64,000 nt of DNA from Camelus ferus (taxonomy: Eukaryota), in the NCBI RefSeq assembly GCF_009834535.1, contig NC_045696.1, positions 54,004,001 to 54,068,000 of the forward strand, in the 5' to 3' direction. The notes beneath the pieces were generated by a model. The model ran no database searches. It was not told the DNA's origin and worked only from the letters and a program-made list of their open reading frames with translations. Positions 34,581-46,940 of this stretch are shown one piece after another. The translations under genes were made by a program, and so were the position numbers. The stretch's first letter is position 1. Every line of letters starts with the position of its first letter.

Positions 34581-36549
34581 ATAGTTTTGACTCCAAGACT
34601 TCTTTCTCACTCTCCTCAATTCTGTCCATATTTACCATTAATATCATTATCTGTCTACCTGTCCCCAAAAGATGTGTGTCATATCTGCATGAACATATGC
34701 ACAGCTGTCTATTACATTTTAAGGTCTTCACATCTAGAATGTATTTAACCATCCCATTTGTATAGTGCTGAGAATAAGTATTCTAAGTGCACTATAAATA
34801 CTTAATGAAGTGCTTATAATTGATGTTGATGAATCAACTACTAGCAAACTTCTTGATTATGGGATGTAAATTCCCATTTGCTGTACAGAAAAAAATGAAC
34901 AGGGTAAAAGCTATAAACATGGTCTCCCGTTAGTCACTCTGAATAAACCTTCATATCTGCCTTCATCTTTCTTCTCTCTCCCCCTTTGTTCTATTTGCCT
35001 TTTTTGTTTTGAAACGAGTATTTATAGCTGAGGCAGGGCTGAGTAAGATGCAGTGATTATGGCTGGTTTTATCACAGCTGTATTACTTAGCTGCAAGGTG
35101 AAACGTCGTGGTAAAATGGATCATGAATCCCTGAAATTGACTATCCGTCACCTTTATAATCCTGATGGAAAGGCAGGTCAGATCAGGCCTGACAACTTCC
35201 CATGCAAACGAGAGCACCAAAGCAATGGTCCTGATTCCATGTGTCTGGAAAAGTAACTGCAGAACAAACAGATCAAGATGAAAAGGAAGCCGAAAGTGAG
35301 AAGGTTGGGAACATTGGGAAGAGTTTCACCCTAATACATGGACTGAATGAGAATTATCTGAGCAGTTAAAGCATAGACCATTCAGGTATTTAATACACAT
35401 ACAGTTAGAATTGCCTCAGATATTATTGATGAATTACTACATTTGCAAACCTTGCCCTCAGCTCAGCATTCCTATAAAGTTTTTGAGTTGATTATATCTT
35501 TGATGTTTCTAGCTTAACATCCCCTGACACATGAGCAGGAGTCCAATAAATATTTGTTAAATAAATGCATGACGGAAGAAGTCAATGAACGGATATTGAA
35601 CAGTCATCTAGCCTTTGCTTTACCTTTATAGTGATGAGGTGCTCATCACTTCATAAGAAAATCCACTTTTTTACTGAAGAACGCTTTAATTTTTTGTATT
35701 TTTTTTTGTCTTATAGTGAACCCAGCTCTTCTTCATTGTAACTTCTTTACAAATCATTCTGTCTAGGAGTCAATATTTTGGATTTGATGATCTCTTCTAT
35801 ACACCAGCTTATTGAATTTCTTACTTTGGCACTGTTTGGCAGATTTTAAATTTTTTCTGCACTTCATGGGATGCATCCTTCAAAATACCCCTATTTTGAG
35901 AGGTAGGAGTATTGTGAGAAATACCCCTGGGGTAACTCAGGGTCTTATACCTACTGACTGGAATGGGCCCTGGCGAGGGAGGGCCTCTCCAGACCCCTAG
36001 TATTAGAAATTACATGTCTTCCTTCTTCAGTTGTGTGGTGTTACATTCTCCCTCCCTTTGCAGCTGAGATTGTGGGATGTACTACATTTCTACTCAGATG
36101 TTCTCTGGGAATTTAGTTCAGCATTGAGTGGCAGGTATTCATTTCAACACTGAACGGTCTACCCCAAAGAGCCCTAATCATAGCATAGATATTTCTGAGT
36201 TTTTCTGCCTTTCTCTCGGAACTCTTGGAGAAACTAATCCTCATAATCCAGGCTTTGTGTGTACTTATCTGCTGTTCTAAGTCCAAGATATCCCTGTGAC
36301 GGGAATGCATGGGCTTTTTGAGCCAATGAAAATGCTGTAGGGCTCAATCTCATCACACTTGGGAAGTACTTCAAGTTTGGCTCCATTTCTTCACAGGGAA
36401 GAACACAGAACTCCATTATGTGCACCACCAATTAGAGTATAATCTAGTCACATGGCAGTGCAACAATAAGCCCCATCAGCCCAGATGTACATCTCACTCC
36501 TTTGTTTTTCTTCATGAGGAGACGGTTTGGTTATGTTATCTATTGTGTT

Positions 36550-36588
36550 TGCGTGTGCGTGCGTGCGTGCGTGCGTGCGTGTGTGTGT
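36550..36588. repeat. (GCGT)n/(TG)n alternating purine-pyrimidine tract
   Basis: Direct; 7 CpGs. Confidence 0.95.
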
Positions 36589-37990
36589 AAGATTAGCTGT
36601 CTTTGCTATTCATTTCTTCCTTGCTAATGAAACCTCTGTGTCGCTAACAAAGCAGAAAATAAAAAAGGTAAATAACACTTCCCAGAAACAATCTGTTTCT
36701 TGTTACATGCGCTCTTGTTAAACACCATCTGAGGGACTTATTTTGCAGAGCAAGGAAGAAGAAAAAGCTGCTAACACAATTAGCAGAGTCAAAAAGAAAT
36801 AATAATTACAGTCACAATGCAGTCAAATAGACACTGTGACACATGCGCTGTGGGCCAGGAAGGAAATGGAGCACTGAGGTCAGGAGAGTCACTGGAAAGC
36901 TGATGGAAAGGACACACACAGGTGCTGATGGCCATAAAAGTCTTTGTACTGACTTCACTAAAGGTGACAGGGGAGCTATCACTCCTGACTCTTCACAGCC
37001 AACCACTCGAGGTGAAACCAACCCTGCATAAAACTAAGGAGGAAGCAATCAATACTTGTTCTCAAAATATGACTGAAACATAATTTTACTGAACAACTAC
37101 TGCAAGCAAGCAAATGCACTGAGATGCTAATGAAAATGTGTCAGGACAATGATGCACTGGAAAAAGTAATAAACCTGTTTAAGTAGTCATGAGAGATATG
37201 ATAACAAACACTACCTTCCTCAAACACTAATTGAGAACTGATGGCAGTTCACCATGTTTGGCCATACACAATTTATAAACTCTCTTGAAAACAACTGAAG
37301 CAAAACAGCATCACTATAATCTCTGCAGGAGGGAGAAGGGACAATATAGATAGGCACTCGTGGTGTCATGTTTTCCCTTTCGTCACATACCCGGAATGGA
37401 ATCTTTCAATGGCTGGAATAAGAGACTAACATTCTATTATGGCATGGGTTTTAAAAACTAAAGTGAACTCTACCCTTTGACCCATGTTTGGAGCTACAAC
37501 TGAGTTAGGATCTCTTAAATCGCAGGGTGGAGACCAACGGTAATGAAAACACTTTACCCCATCTTGGGGTGCAGGGTACCTCCTTAGTGTGAGCTTGGCG
37601 CTGGAGGATGTTTACACTTTTACCAGGATTTAGGCAGAATATTCTTTCTCTTGTTTCTATTTTACTATGAAGTCCTGTAATTGGAATCTATCCAATTAAG
37701 GCTGTGGTCTCCTTCATAGAAGGTTAAGGAATCTTTTTTTCTAGAGCCTCCTCAGTGCCTGACAACCAACGTGGGGCTCAAGAAATATGAGTTAACTGAT
37801 TTCTTCCGAATGAAAATGTATGTGGTTCTCAAAGCTTTGCACCACACCATTTTCCATAATTAAAAAAAAAAAAGTGTATTTCATAAAAGCCAGTGAAGTG
37901 AGTATTACAGTGTCTGCTAAGGCTGAATAATCTGAACACAAGACAGTATTTTTTTTTTTTTTTTGCAGGGGGGGCAGATTATCAATAGTT

Positions 37991-38060
37991 ATTTTTTTTA
38001 GATTTGAAGTTTAGTTGATTTACAATGTTGTGTTAGTTTCCAGTATAAGAGCAATGGTTT
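37991..38060 (-). mobile_element. Short cetartiodactyl L1 3' tail
   Basis: 'ttgaagtttagttgatttacaatgttgtgttagtttc' is the antisense L1 terminus. Confidence 0.65.
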
Positions 38061-38309
38061 TTTAAATCATCCAGACAATAGAAGAACCAAACATGTACCC
38101 TAGTATTAAATCCTCAGTAGAAATCACCAAGAATGATACTCTTGAGCATTTCATTCCTGGGACACTCTCACCCCAAACCTTCTTCCAGGACCTACCTGTC
38201 ACTTCTTTGATAGAAGCCACTGGGAAGCTGAAAAATGCAATTAGGAGATCTACACTGAAGTCCCTGTCCCAAAGCTCTACAGCACATGCAATAAATAGCT
38301 TGCTAAACA

Positions 38310-38848
38310 TCTAACCCCACCTCATCCTGACAGATAAAATCTGGGGAGAACAAAAGCTGCATTCCCTAGGCTCCTTTACAGCTACAGCTTGTTACCTATA
38401 TCACCAATCACATGAACACCAGTGAGAATTTGGGAGCTGAGAAACAATGAAGGGGTAAATCCCAGGGTATCTATATTTTTTGGCAAGGATTTTGGCAAAG
38501 ACAGCATGGGTTTTAGAGACAGAATGTGGCAGCTTCCTAATCTCACCACTTTCTGATCAGATCAGGTGGGAGGGGCTTTAGTGCTGGCTGCTGTGCTAAC
38601 AGCTTCCTGACTGGGTGGTGGTTTCCTGACTCGGCAGCTCTCTAGATTCTAGATTACTGCAAAGCAGTGCACTTGGTGACCTAATTCTATGGTGTGATTT
38701 TAGAGGTCCTTCTTGGGACTTCAGCCTGGAATGTTTCTTAAGGGTTCTCAATGATTCTGAGTGAGCTCACTCTTCTAATAAATTCTTTTACACTTAAACA
38801 AGGTAGACTGGATTGTATTGTATGTAAATAAGAGTACTGATCACAACA
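38310..38848 (+). mobile_element. Old ERVL/MaLR-class LTR
   Basis: 3' end 'aataaattcttttacacttaaacaaggtagactggattgtattg...ctgatcacaaca'; 5' boundary uncertain. Confidence 0.55.
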
Positions 38849-41009
38849 TTTGGTCCCTTTTTCTCCATCTGCCTAGGTGAGGAAGGTACTCCATCTTCTC
38901 AAATAGGTCTTTGGAAATCTATTTAAATAAGGTAATATTTCCTGCAGTATTTTGTCCTGACTCCAAGTCTCTTCTTTGATAACCTCTTTGCTCTTTTAGA
39001 GAATTGTCATGGACTCTTCATTTGGTATAGCCTCAACGTGGGCACATACAAACCAAGACTATAATTACTGCTGTAATCTCTATTTTTGGAATTTCAGAAA
39101 TCTAAGGCTGATTCAGAGGAGCTATCTAGGCCTCTGATTAAATTCATTGTTGGGAAAATAATATTATACACAGAGTAGTAATTACTCATGGAAGCTGATC
39201 TTCTAAAATGACTGATGGTGAATTTGAACGAGAATATTGTAGACTGTAGGCTTGTCCAGAGGGATTTCTGGTCATCTTTAAAACAGTTCCCTAATGATGG
39301 AGAGTCTAGCACTCACATATCAGGTTCCAGGGAACCAATATCTTTAATACATTCAAGGGAGATTCTCAATAATTTCAACAACTGTTCACACTGTTCAAAT
39401 CCATTTACTATTTGTTGAACTCTCTGCTTCACTTTCTCTTCAGGGTTATGCTCCTATATAGTTTCATACATCCAACTTGCCCATTTAAGCCTAGCACAGC
39501 ATTTGTGGAAAGGGCTTAGAAAAGAGCACCATCCTGAGATTCCTACCCCTTTAACCTGATATTCAGTGACTTCTGAAATGCTTTCCTCTTGTCCATGTAC
39601 CAATGGAGTATAGACATTTTTGATGCTGGCAATCAATAATGGGCACAAGGACAAACCCAGTGCCTGATGTCACTGCCATTTTGGGCTTAAGGAAACATGA
39701 AATGTTAAACAACCTCTTTCTCTAGAAGGAAAGGAATTGTTTTTTTCTTTTGGTAGCTGTACTTCGCATGTAGTTTTGTTCCACTTTTACAAACCATTCC
39801 AACATGCCTGTACCTGTTCTCCACTAACACTTGTTATCAGTGAGGATGAGCATAGAAGATGAGAGGTGTTCTTACTCTACTTCATAAAAATACCATTTTC
39901 ATTAATAATTGGAACCTTTGATATCTCTGTCCCATGCTGATGTTCGATTTACTGTAAGTTCTTAGAGCTGTGTTAAGCTTGGCAAGCTTATTCCATTGAA
40001 TACACAACAGATAACTTCTGTAATTAACAGCACTGACAACAATTTAATGTATATAATCACTCATTAAATATTATCTGAGTAACAAGTTGTTGAGCTTCAT
40101 AATTGTGGGAGCAAATTCATGTTAAATATCCCCTGGTTTAACCAGATGAAGTTATGGTCTATACACAGAAAGTAAGTTTTTTTGCTATTACAGAAAAAAC
40201 CTGAATAGTCCTTATTTTACTGATTAAGCATGGAACATAATGTTGAAGGATCAAGTTAGGAGACTAACCATGTTTCTGCCTCCTCCCTACAACTCACTGG
40301 CTCCAGACAGGGAAAGCCTTGAAGGGCAAGAGGGCATCCCCTGGTGTCAACGCATCTGAAATCTGCCTGGCTAATGTCATAGTCAACCCTGATCTTCTGA
40401 CTCCTCAAACCACTTTATAAAGGTTATGAAGGATGCGCTTTATGAATCTCTTATTATATACTATTGCAGACTTTTTAAAATAATGAAGCAATCATAACCA
40501 TGCTATTAACAATCATTAATAATTCACTTGGTCCCTATTTAACTCACCATGGCTGCCTAACTTCACATAAAGAGAGGTGAAACGAGGTATTAACAGGTGC
40601 TGCAGGGTCACAAAGGTGCTTTCCCATTACCCACATGGTAAATGTTCTGGAAACAGCAGCAGGGTTGCTACAACTCAGTGCTGCCTACGCAGCAAGTCGT
40701 TTGTGTTAAATGAAGTTATTATTTTGGTTAGATAAATTTCGAGCCATTATTATAAACATATTAATTAGGTTAATGGTGTAACGAAACAGGTTTACTGTTA
40801 ACTTCACACATGTTACATATGTGGAACTTGGAACAATTTGGCTCTAATAAAGTCCTCAAAATGGCACTGTGAACATTAAAGGGCACTGCCTCTGAGATGG
40901 AACTGTATTCCTGTTTGGACAGTGGCACTGTGCAGATCCAAATTAGTAAACTTTTGCCAAAATAATTTACTACAATGATTAAGAGAGCACAGCTTTAAAA
41001 TGAGAATAG

Positions 41010-41585
41010 TATCTCTGTCTAGAGGCTCTGTTACTTATTTCTGTATGGCCTTGAACAGGATCGCTTAGCATTTCTAAACCTTAGTGTCAACACGTGCAAA
41101 ACGAGGGTATTGATTGTTTGTGTCTTTTTCTCTCCCTTTTAAAATTGACATACAATGTTATATTAATTTCAGGCGCATAATATAGTGAACATTCATACAT
41201 GTTACAAATTGATAACCATGTTAAGTCTAGTAACCATTTGTCACTATACAAAGTTGTTAAAATAGCATCGACTAGATTCCCTATGCTGTACATTACATCC
41301 TGTTACTTGCTTATTTTATAACTGGAAGTTTGTACCTCTTAATCCCCTGTACTTATTTTGCCCAATCCATCCCTTCCCTGCCTCTCCTCACCCCTCTGGC
41401 AAACACCAGATTGTTCCCTGTATCTATGAGCCTGTTTCTATTTCATTCATACATTTGTTTTGTTACTGGTTGTTTCCTTACACAAATGTTGCAAGGATTA
41501 AATTAGAATTCGCTGGCCAAGCACTTTGCACAGTGTCAGGAAGAGTAAAGGGCTCAATATATGTTAACATTGTTATTATTATCCT
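41010..41585 (+). mobile_element. MIR SINE split by an L1 insertion
   Basis: MIR 5' core at ~41010-41120 and 3' half ('gttgcaaggattaaatt...agcactttgcacagtgtcagg...gctcaatatatgttaac') at ~41460-41585. Confidence 0.65.
41125..41445 (-). mobile_element. Laurasiatherian L1 3' UTR
   Basis: 'aattgacatacaatgttatattaatttcagg...aagtctagtaaccatttgtcactatacaaagtt...ttataactggaagtttgtacctctt...ctctggcaaacacc'. Confidence 0.8.
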
Positions 41586-42899
41586 CAAAATGTTTATATT
41601 GCCTGCCCACTCATATTGTTAAACATTGGACCTTATGTTTGAAACAGAAGAATTGTATCATACTATACATAACTGGCAAGGACAATACATAGTTTTTTTT
41701 TCCAGGAGGAAAAACTCACTTTTTACTTATTGGATAGTGGAATGCAGTCTTGGAGAAGGGAAATTAAAATGGAAGACATAATGGATGACACATGGGTGAG
41801 CAATGTGCCTGAGGAATCCAACTGCTGACTCTACAAACTATCAAAGGAGAGTTCCTAGAGGACGGTGAGTAGTTCTTCACTTCAAAATGAGAGCTGAGGA
41901 AATGAGTTTTAAACTGCAACTGAATCATACATATGGAGAAGAATTTTTTATTCATATCAATAGGTAATTAATTGGAAGGAGGAAGAGAGTTTGGATCATA
42001 CCTGTTCGCATGTTTGAAAGAATTGTCATTATGAAATGCCTTCAAGAACTGACCTCACTGAAAACTTAAATGAATAAATAAAAGTCACTGAGACTGTTAA
42101 AAAAAAATATATATATATACATCGCCCCTGGGTTTGCTATAAAAGGATCTCAGGGGTTATTACCATCTTATCAAATATTCCATTAAGACTAACAGCCCTA
42201 AAAGAGAATCGTCATTTGCCAAAATTTCCTCTGAGCTCTAGGAATCCTTTTTGTCAGTGTCATGTCTGGACCAGGATTCAATACAGAGAAGAATGAAGTC
42301 AGAACCTGGTTAATATATAATTAGCAATAAAATAAGTTGGGGCATTTGAATAATACATCACATGGTCACATGAGTAGAATACCAAGAAAATGGAGAGAAC
42401 ATGGGCAGAAGATAAATCATGGGTAAGTGGTAAGAAGGGAAATTGGATGGTAAGTAGAAAAGAGATGACAGCAAGTAGCAAGAATGTCATCTATTTGTAT
42501 CTACTCTTTCTTCTTTATTTTTATTTTTATTTTTTTTTTGTATCTATTCATTCTTAAAAGTAGTCTCCTGTGAACACTCATAGTATCTGTGAAAGAAGCC
42601 TGGAACAGTTATCCCAATCCTTATTTTAGGAAAAAAAAATTAGGATGATAAAGTGACTTGCATAGGGCTTCTCTAATGAGTCAGGGACTCAGCTGGGACT
42701 TGCTTTCAATCCTGTGCTATAGCCATTAAGACACACTGCTTCTGGATAGTCACGGGGGAAACACAAATACACTCCCCATGTGCAAACACACCCATGTTCT
42801 TTCTTACTCTCTAATATTGAGATGATAGCAAAATTCAGAGGTCTGTATTCACTATATCTCTTTGCGTACTGGAGGTACTATTGTCACTGCAAAATGGAG

Positions 42900-43060
42900 T
42901 ACTTATTGCTCTAAATCTGTGCTGCTATGATCCAGAACCAGAAGCATCCATATTATCTGAGGCTTCTAAGGGATGTAGAATTTTAGATCCCACTCTAGAC
43001 CTACCAAATCAGAATCAGCATGTTAGCAAAATTCCCAGGTGTTTTCTATGCACTGAATCA
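42900..43060. mobile_element. MER5A-like hAT-Charlie element
   Basis: 'accagaagcatc...cccactctagacctaccaaatcagaatcagcatgttagcaaaattcccaggtgttttctatgcac'. Confidence 0.65.
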
Positions 43061-44216
43061 CTCACAGCCAGTCTTCCTTTGGGTCTACTATTCAAAGAGC
43101 CTGAACTTGTGTTTCCCATCTTAGTTTACTTTCACGCACACTGACACCAGGCAGGGGAGTAAGGATACATATTTTGATTTTTCCTTTTTCTCAGGTGCTG
43201 AAGGCTATGTTAACAACAGCCACTCAGTCCAGCACAGCAGAGCTCCACGATAGTTTTCCTATCAATGCTTAGAAAAGTTCAACCCAACATTACCCCTCTT
43301 CCAGCCCCACTGCATTCCTATCTCTGAGGTTCCCCTGGCAGCAGAGGGCTTGAAAGGCAGGGTTGAGAGTGAGGGCACATTGGAATGGCTTCCCTCCCCA
43401 TACCACCTGCAACGAGAGCAAACTCTCCACGTATTCATCTTTCACAAGGAGAGTAAATGTAGTTATTGACTAGGTAACAGGCAAGACACCCTAAAAGGTC
43501 CACTTCTGGAGTAGACTGAGGAACAGTCTGGCTTGAGCACTGTGCACATCTCTCAGTGAAGAGGATGAACTCAAGGTTGTTATCCCTCAAAAGTCTGGAA
43601 AAGATGAATGGTCTGGACAATGTGAATCTATAAGAGCAGACCATTATGGAAATTCTAATGATACAAGGGTAAGTTAGATAAATTTGGCTCTTGAGGAGTA
43701 ATGCTTTCAAGAAGTTTAATATCAACTCTGAAACAAGAACATACAATTTCATACACAGCACACTAGATATTAAGAAAGTACAAATGAAGTTCAATGGAAG
43801 TTCAAGTATGGCTCATGTTTGAATGAACCCCCAGTAAATCGTTCCATAAATCCTCCTATATGTCACTGTAGCCCATTCTAGTTCATAATCCCCAACTCAG
43901 CAAGTTCTCTGAGCTTGAGAACAAAAGAGATTAAGGAAATAACCCTTAATTATAATTAAGTTCCTTAATAGAAAATGTATTGACCAACTGCTATGAATGG
44001 GTTTACGCTTTCATAAATGGACGGGGGAGGGAAAATAATCAGTCCTGAAATTAGGTGACAGCAGTGCTATCACAGTGTATTTAAAGGTACAGTCATATTG
44101 CACACACAACACAAAGTTACTACTGATGGGGAAAAAGAGTGATCAGCTGAAGAGAGGGATTATTTAGGGAAGTGTTCTTTGCGATTACTATTAAGTCTAT
44201 CTGATCTCTTACTTAC

Positions 44217-44493
44217 TGTGGTAGGTAGAATAATGACTTCCCCAAGATGTCCAGGACCTGATCATTTGAATCTATGCATGTGTTACTTTACATGGCAAAA
44301 GGGACTTTGCATGTGATCAAGTTAAAGATCTTGAGCTTATTCTGGATTATCTGGGTGAGCCTAATGTAATCATAAGGGTCTTAGAGGTGGAAGAGAGAGA
44401 GACAGAAAAGAGAAAGAGAAACAGAAAAATATTTGACTACAGAAGAGGAGAGAGTGATGTAATGAGAGGAGGCTTTAACCTGCTATTGCTGGT
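44217..44493 (+). mobile_element. MaLR LTR 5' half (MLT1D-like)
   Basis: 'tgtggtaggtagaataatg...tgttactttacatggcaaaagggactttgca...ctggattatctgggtgagcctaatgtaatcataagggtctta'. Confidence 0.8.
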
Positions 44494-46707
44494 GTCTCTG
44501 TTTCAGTAAAAAAAAATAATAAATAAAATAAAATTTTAAAAAAGGAGGGGAGATTGCAAATTTATTGATACATATTGTCCCTTTTAAACTAAGTGGCAAC
44601 ATGTATCAAAAAGGACATTTATTTAACAGAATTTATAGTTAGAAATTTATATCTTGTTGATCTGTGTTCAGAACCCACCCAAGTCATCAAAACAATGGTA
44701 TTATATTTGAGTAAATGTGATAGAATACAATTTTTGAATATAAAGATGACATAAATTATCCTACTGCTGTAAAATGACTTTCTGGTCATATGGGAGTCAT
44801 AGCTTATAAATTATACCTTGTTGTCTGCTCTGGTAAGCTACGGCCGACCGGTTTATACCATGGCAGATACAATCTGGTTTGGATTGACGTGAAATGCAAA
44901 CTTGTTCTAGAGAATGATTAGTCCTTTGGCGCACTTGAGAAACCCACCCCTCTCAGCAGGCGGGAAGAGCTGGGAAAGATGCACCGCAGCTCCCTCCAGT
45001 ACTTCAGAGAGGACTTACAAGCAGGAGTCAATCCGGGGCCAAGGAAAACCTCACAAGGATATACCAAACTGAAGCAAGTTTCTTGAGCTAATTCTGGTCT
45101 GGACTATATCATGAGGAACTCTGGAGGAAGCCCAGGCATCAAGAATTCAAAATGACTAAGTCCAAGACACAGAATTTTATGGCAAATCTATTTCTCTTAG
45201 TTAATTATGCACCAAGCGCTGCCTTCAAACTAACAGCTCCTACAAAGAAATCAGTGACGTTGCTATAAACAGAGACAGACACATCAAATTATATACCACA
45301 ACACAAATATTCTGACCCCATTTCAGGCAATTTTTTAATATGAAAGTAAATCGGCTTTTAGCAAAACCCTAGTAGTACCTGATTCCAGTATATTTTGTGT
45401 GGAGATCCTAGGAAACTCAAATTGTGTTAAGACAAAGGTAAACTGATTAAAGATCCCAACAGTGATTTCAAATCCAGTGTTTCTTAAAGAAAGAAAATGC
45501 CACAAGGAGAGAACACATTGGAGGAGAGAGGTGAACTTCCATATGATATAGAAATGTATTAAATGTCATAAATGGTGGCATGACCTTCAAATTTTATTTA
45601 AATAATCTTCATTCTCACAGCATATTTACTAATATCTAGTATATTCACAGCAAATTTTGGGGGTGGTGATAAAAAAAGAAAAAACATTTCTCCAGTGATA
45701 AATTAAAAAACACTTTCTTTACAACAGACAAGTTCAATAACAGAATTGATTCAAATGAGAGAGTATCTGTTTCATCCAGAATGCCTGTAGTCCTCCACAG
45801 AGTAAATAACACGTCCCTGAACAACATTCTTGGAAGTCGAAATTCAGAATATATTGATCTATTTTACAGTAGAAAGGCAATTTCTGTCTTTTTTTTTTTA
45901 AAAAAAAATGAAATTCCATCACTGGAGTCAATGGCAACTTATAAACTAGGCTAAAAAAGGATTATGGAGATCGGCTTTGACTAAGGGAAGGACAGAGCAA
46001 GTCTTCATGGAAAAGGCAGAGCTTGCTTCTCCTTGGGTATTTTTTAAAAATACCTTTGCTAATTTTTTCATTCATTTTTTCCCCCTTTTCTTGAAATCAT
46101 TTGGTACTGAATAGTTGGTTAGTACGGATGAAAAAAAATGCTTAAAATATAAGTAAGTATAGATAATTTTGTCAAGAATATTTCTGAAATATTTTGAAAA
46201 ATATGACCTCAAAGATGTGTTTGGAATCAAATTACACTGGTCGCATAGAGAGGTAAATGGTGTTTGTGCGTTCATGTGTGTGTGTGTGTGTGTGAGAATA
46301 TGCATCAATACTTCGTCTTCTGTCCTTATTACCCTTCAAAGATTTGTTAATTGCCCTGATTAGACTACATAGTTCTGCCTAATTTACATCTTAGTTTCTT
46401 TTGTATCATCAACCTCAGCATCAAGAATAATCACTGAGTGAATACTGTACAGGTTGCATGATTGCTGTGCTAATCTGGTCAGAGGGCCCAGCCCTGGACA
46501 GTGAATTTTATTATGGAGAAAACATTATACTTTATCAGTCCCATAGTCCTTCAGTTCTGCAACTTATCTCTGAGAAGAACACCATCAAAAGGCATGTGTA
46601 AGCAAGTCTACCAAGCCCCTTCATTTCAAAATAGACCAAAACTGCAAGTACACTTAGATGATTGTAAAAAGTTACAGCTCTGGATAATGGAATTTTTTTC
46701 TAACACA

Positions 46708-46940
46708 GGTAGTGTGGCATATAATGACATTATTTTGAAATCAGTCAGAACTGGATTTCAATTCTAAGGCCACCACATACCACTAGCTAACTGACTTCAG
46801 GCTAGACCATGAATTTCTCAGGTGCAAAATGGATTTCTTAATACCTCTCTTACCTGTTTATTGGTGGAATTAAATGAGAGAACATAAATAGATTGCTAAT
46901 CAAAGTGCCTGAAATTTGGTTGATATTTAATAATATTTTC
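46708..46940 (+). mobile_element. MIR SINE
   Basis: 'ttgaaatcagtcagaactggatttcaattct...gtgcaaaatgg...aattaaatgagagaa...aagtgcctga'. Confidence 0.65.
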
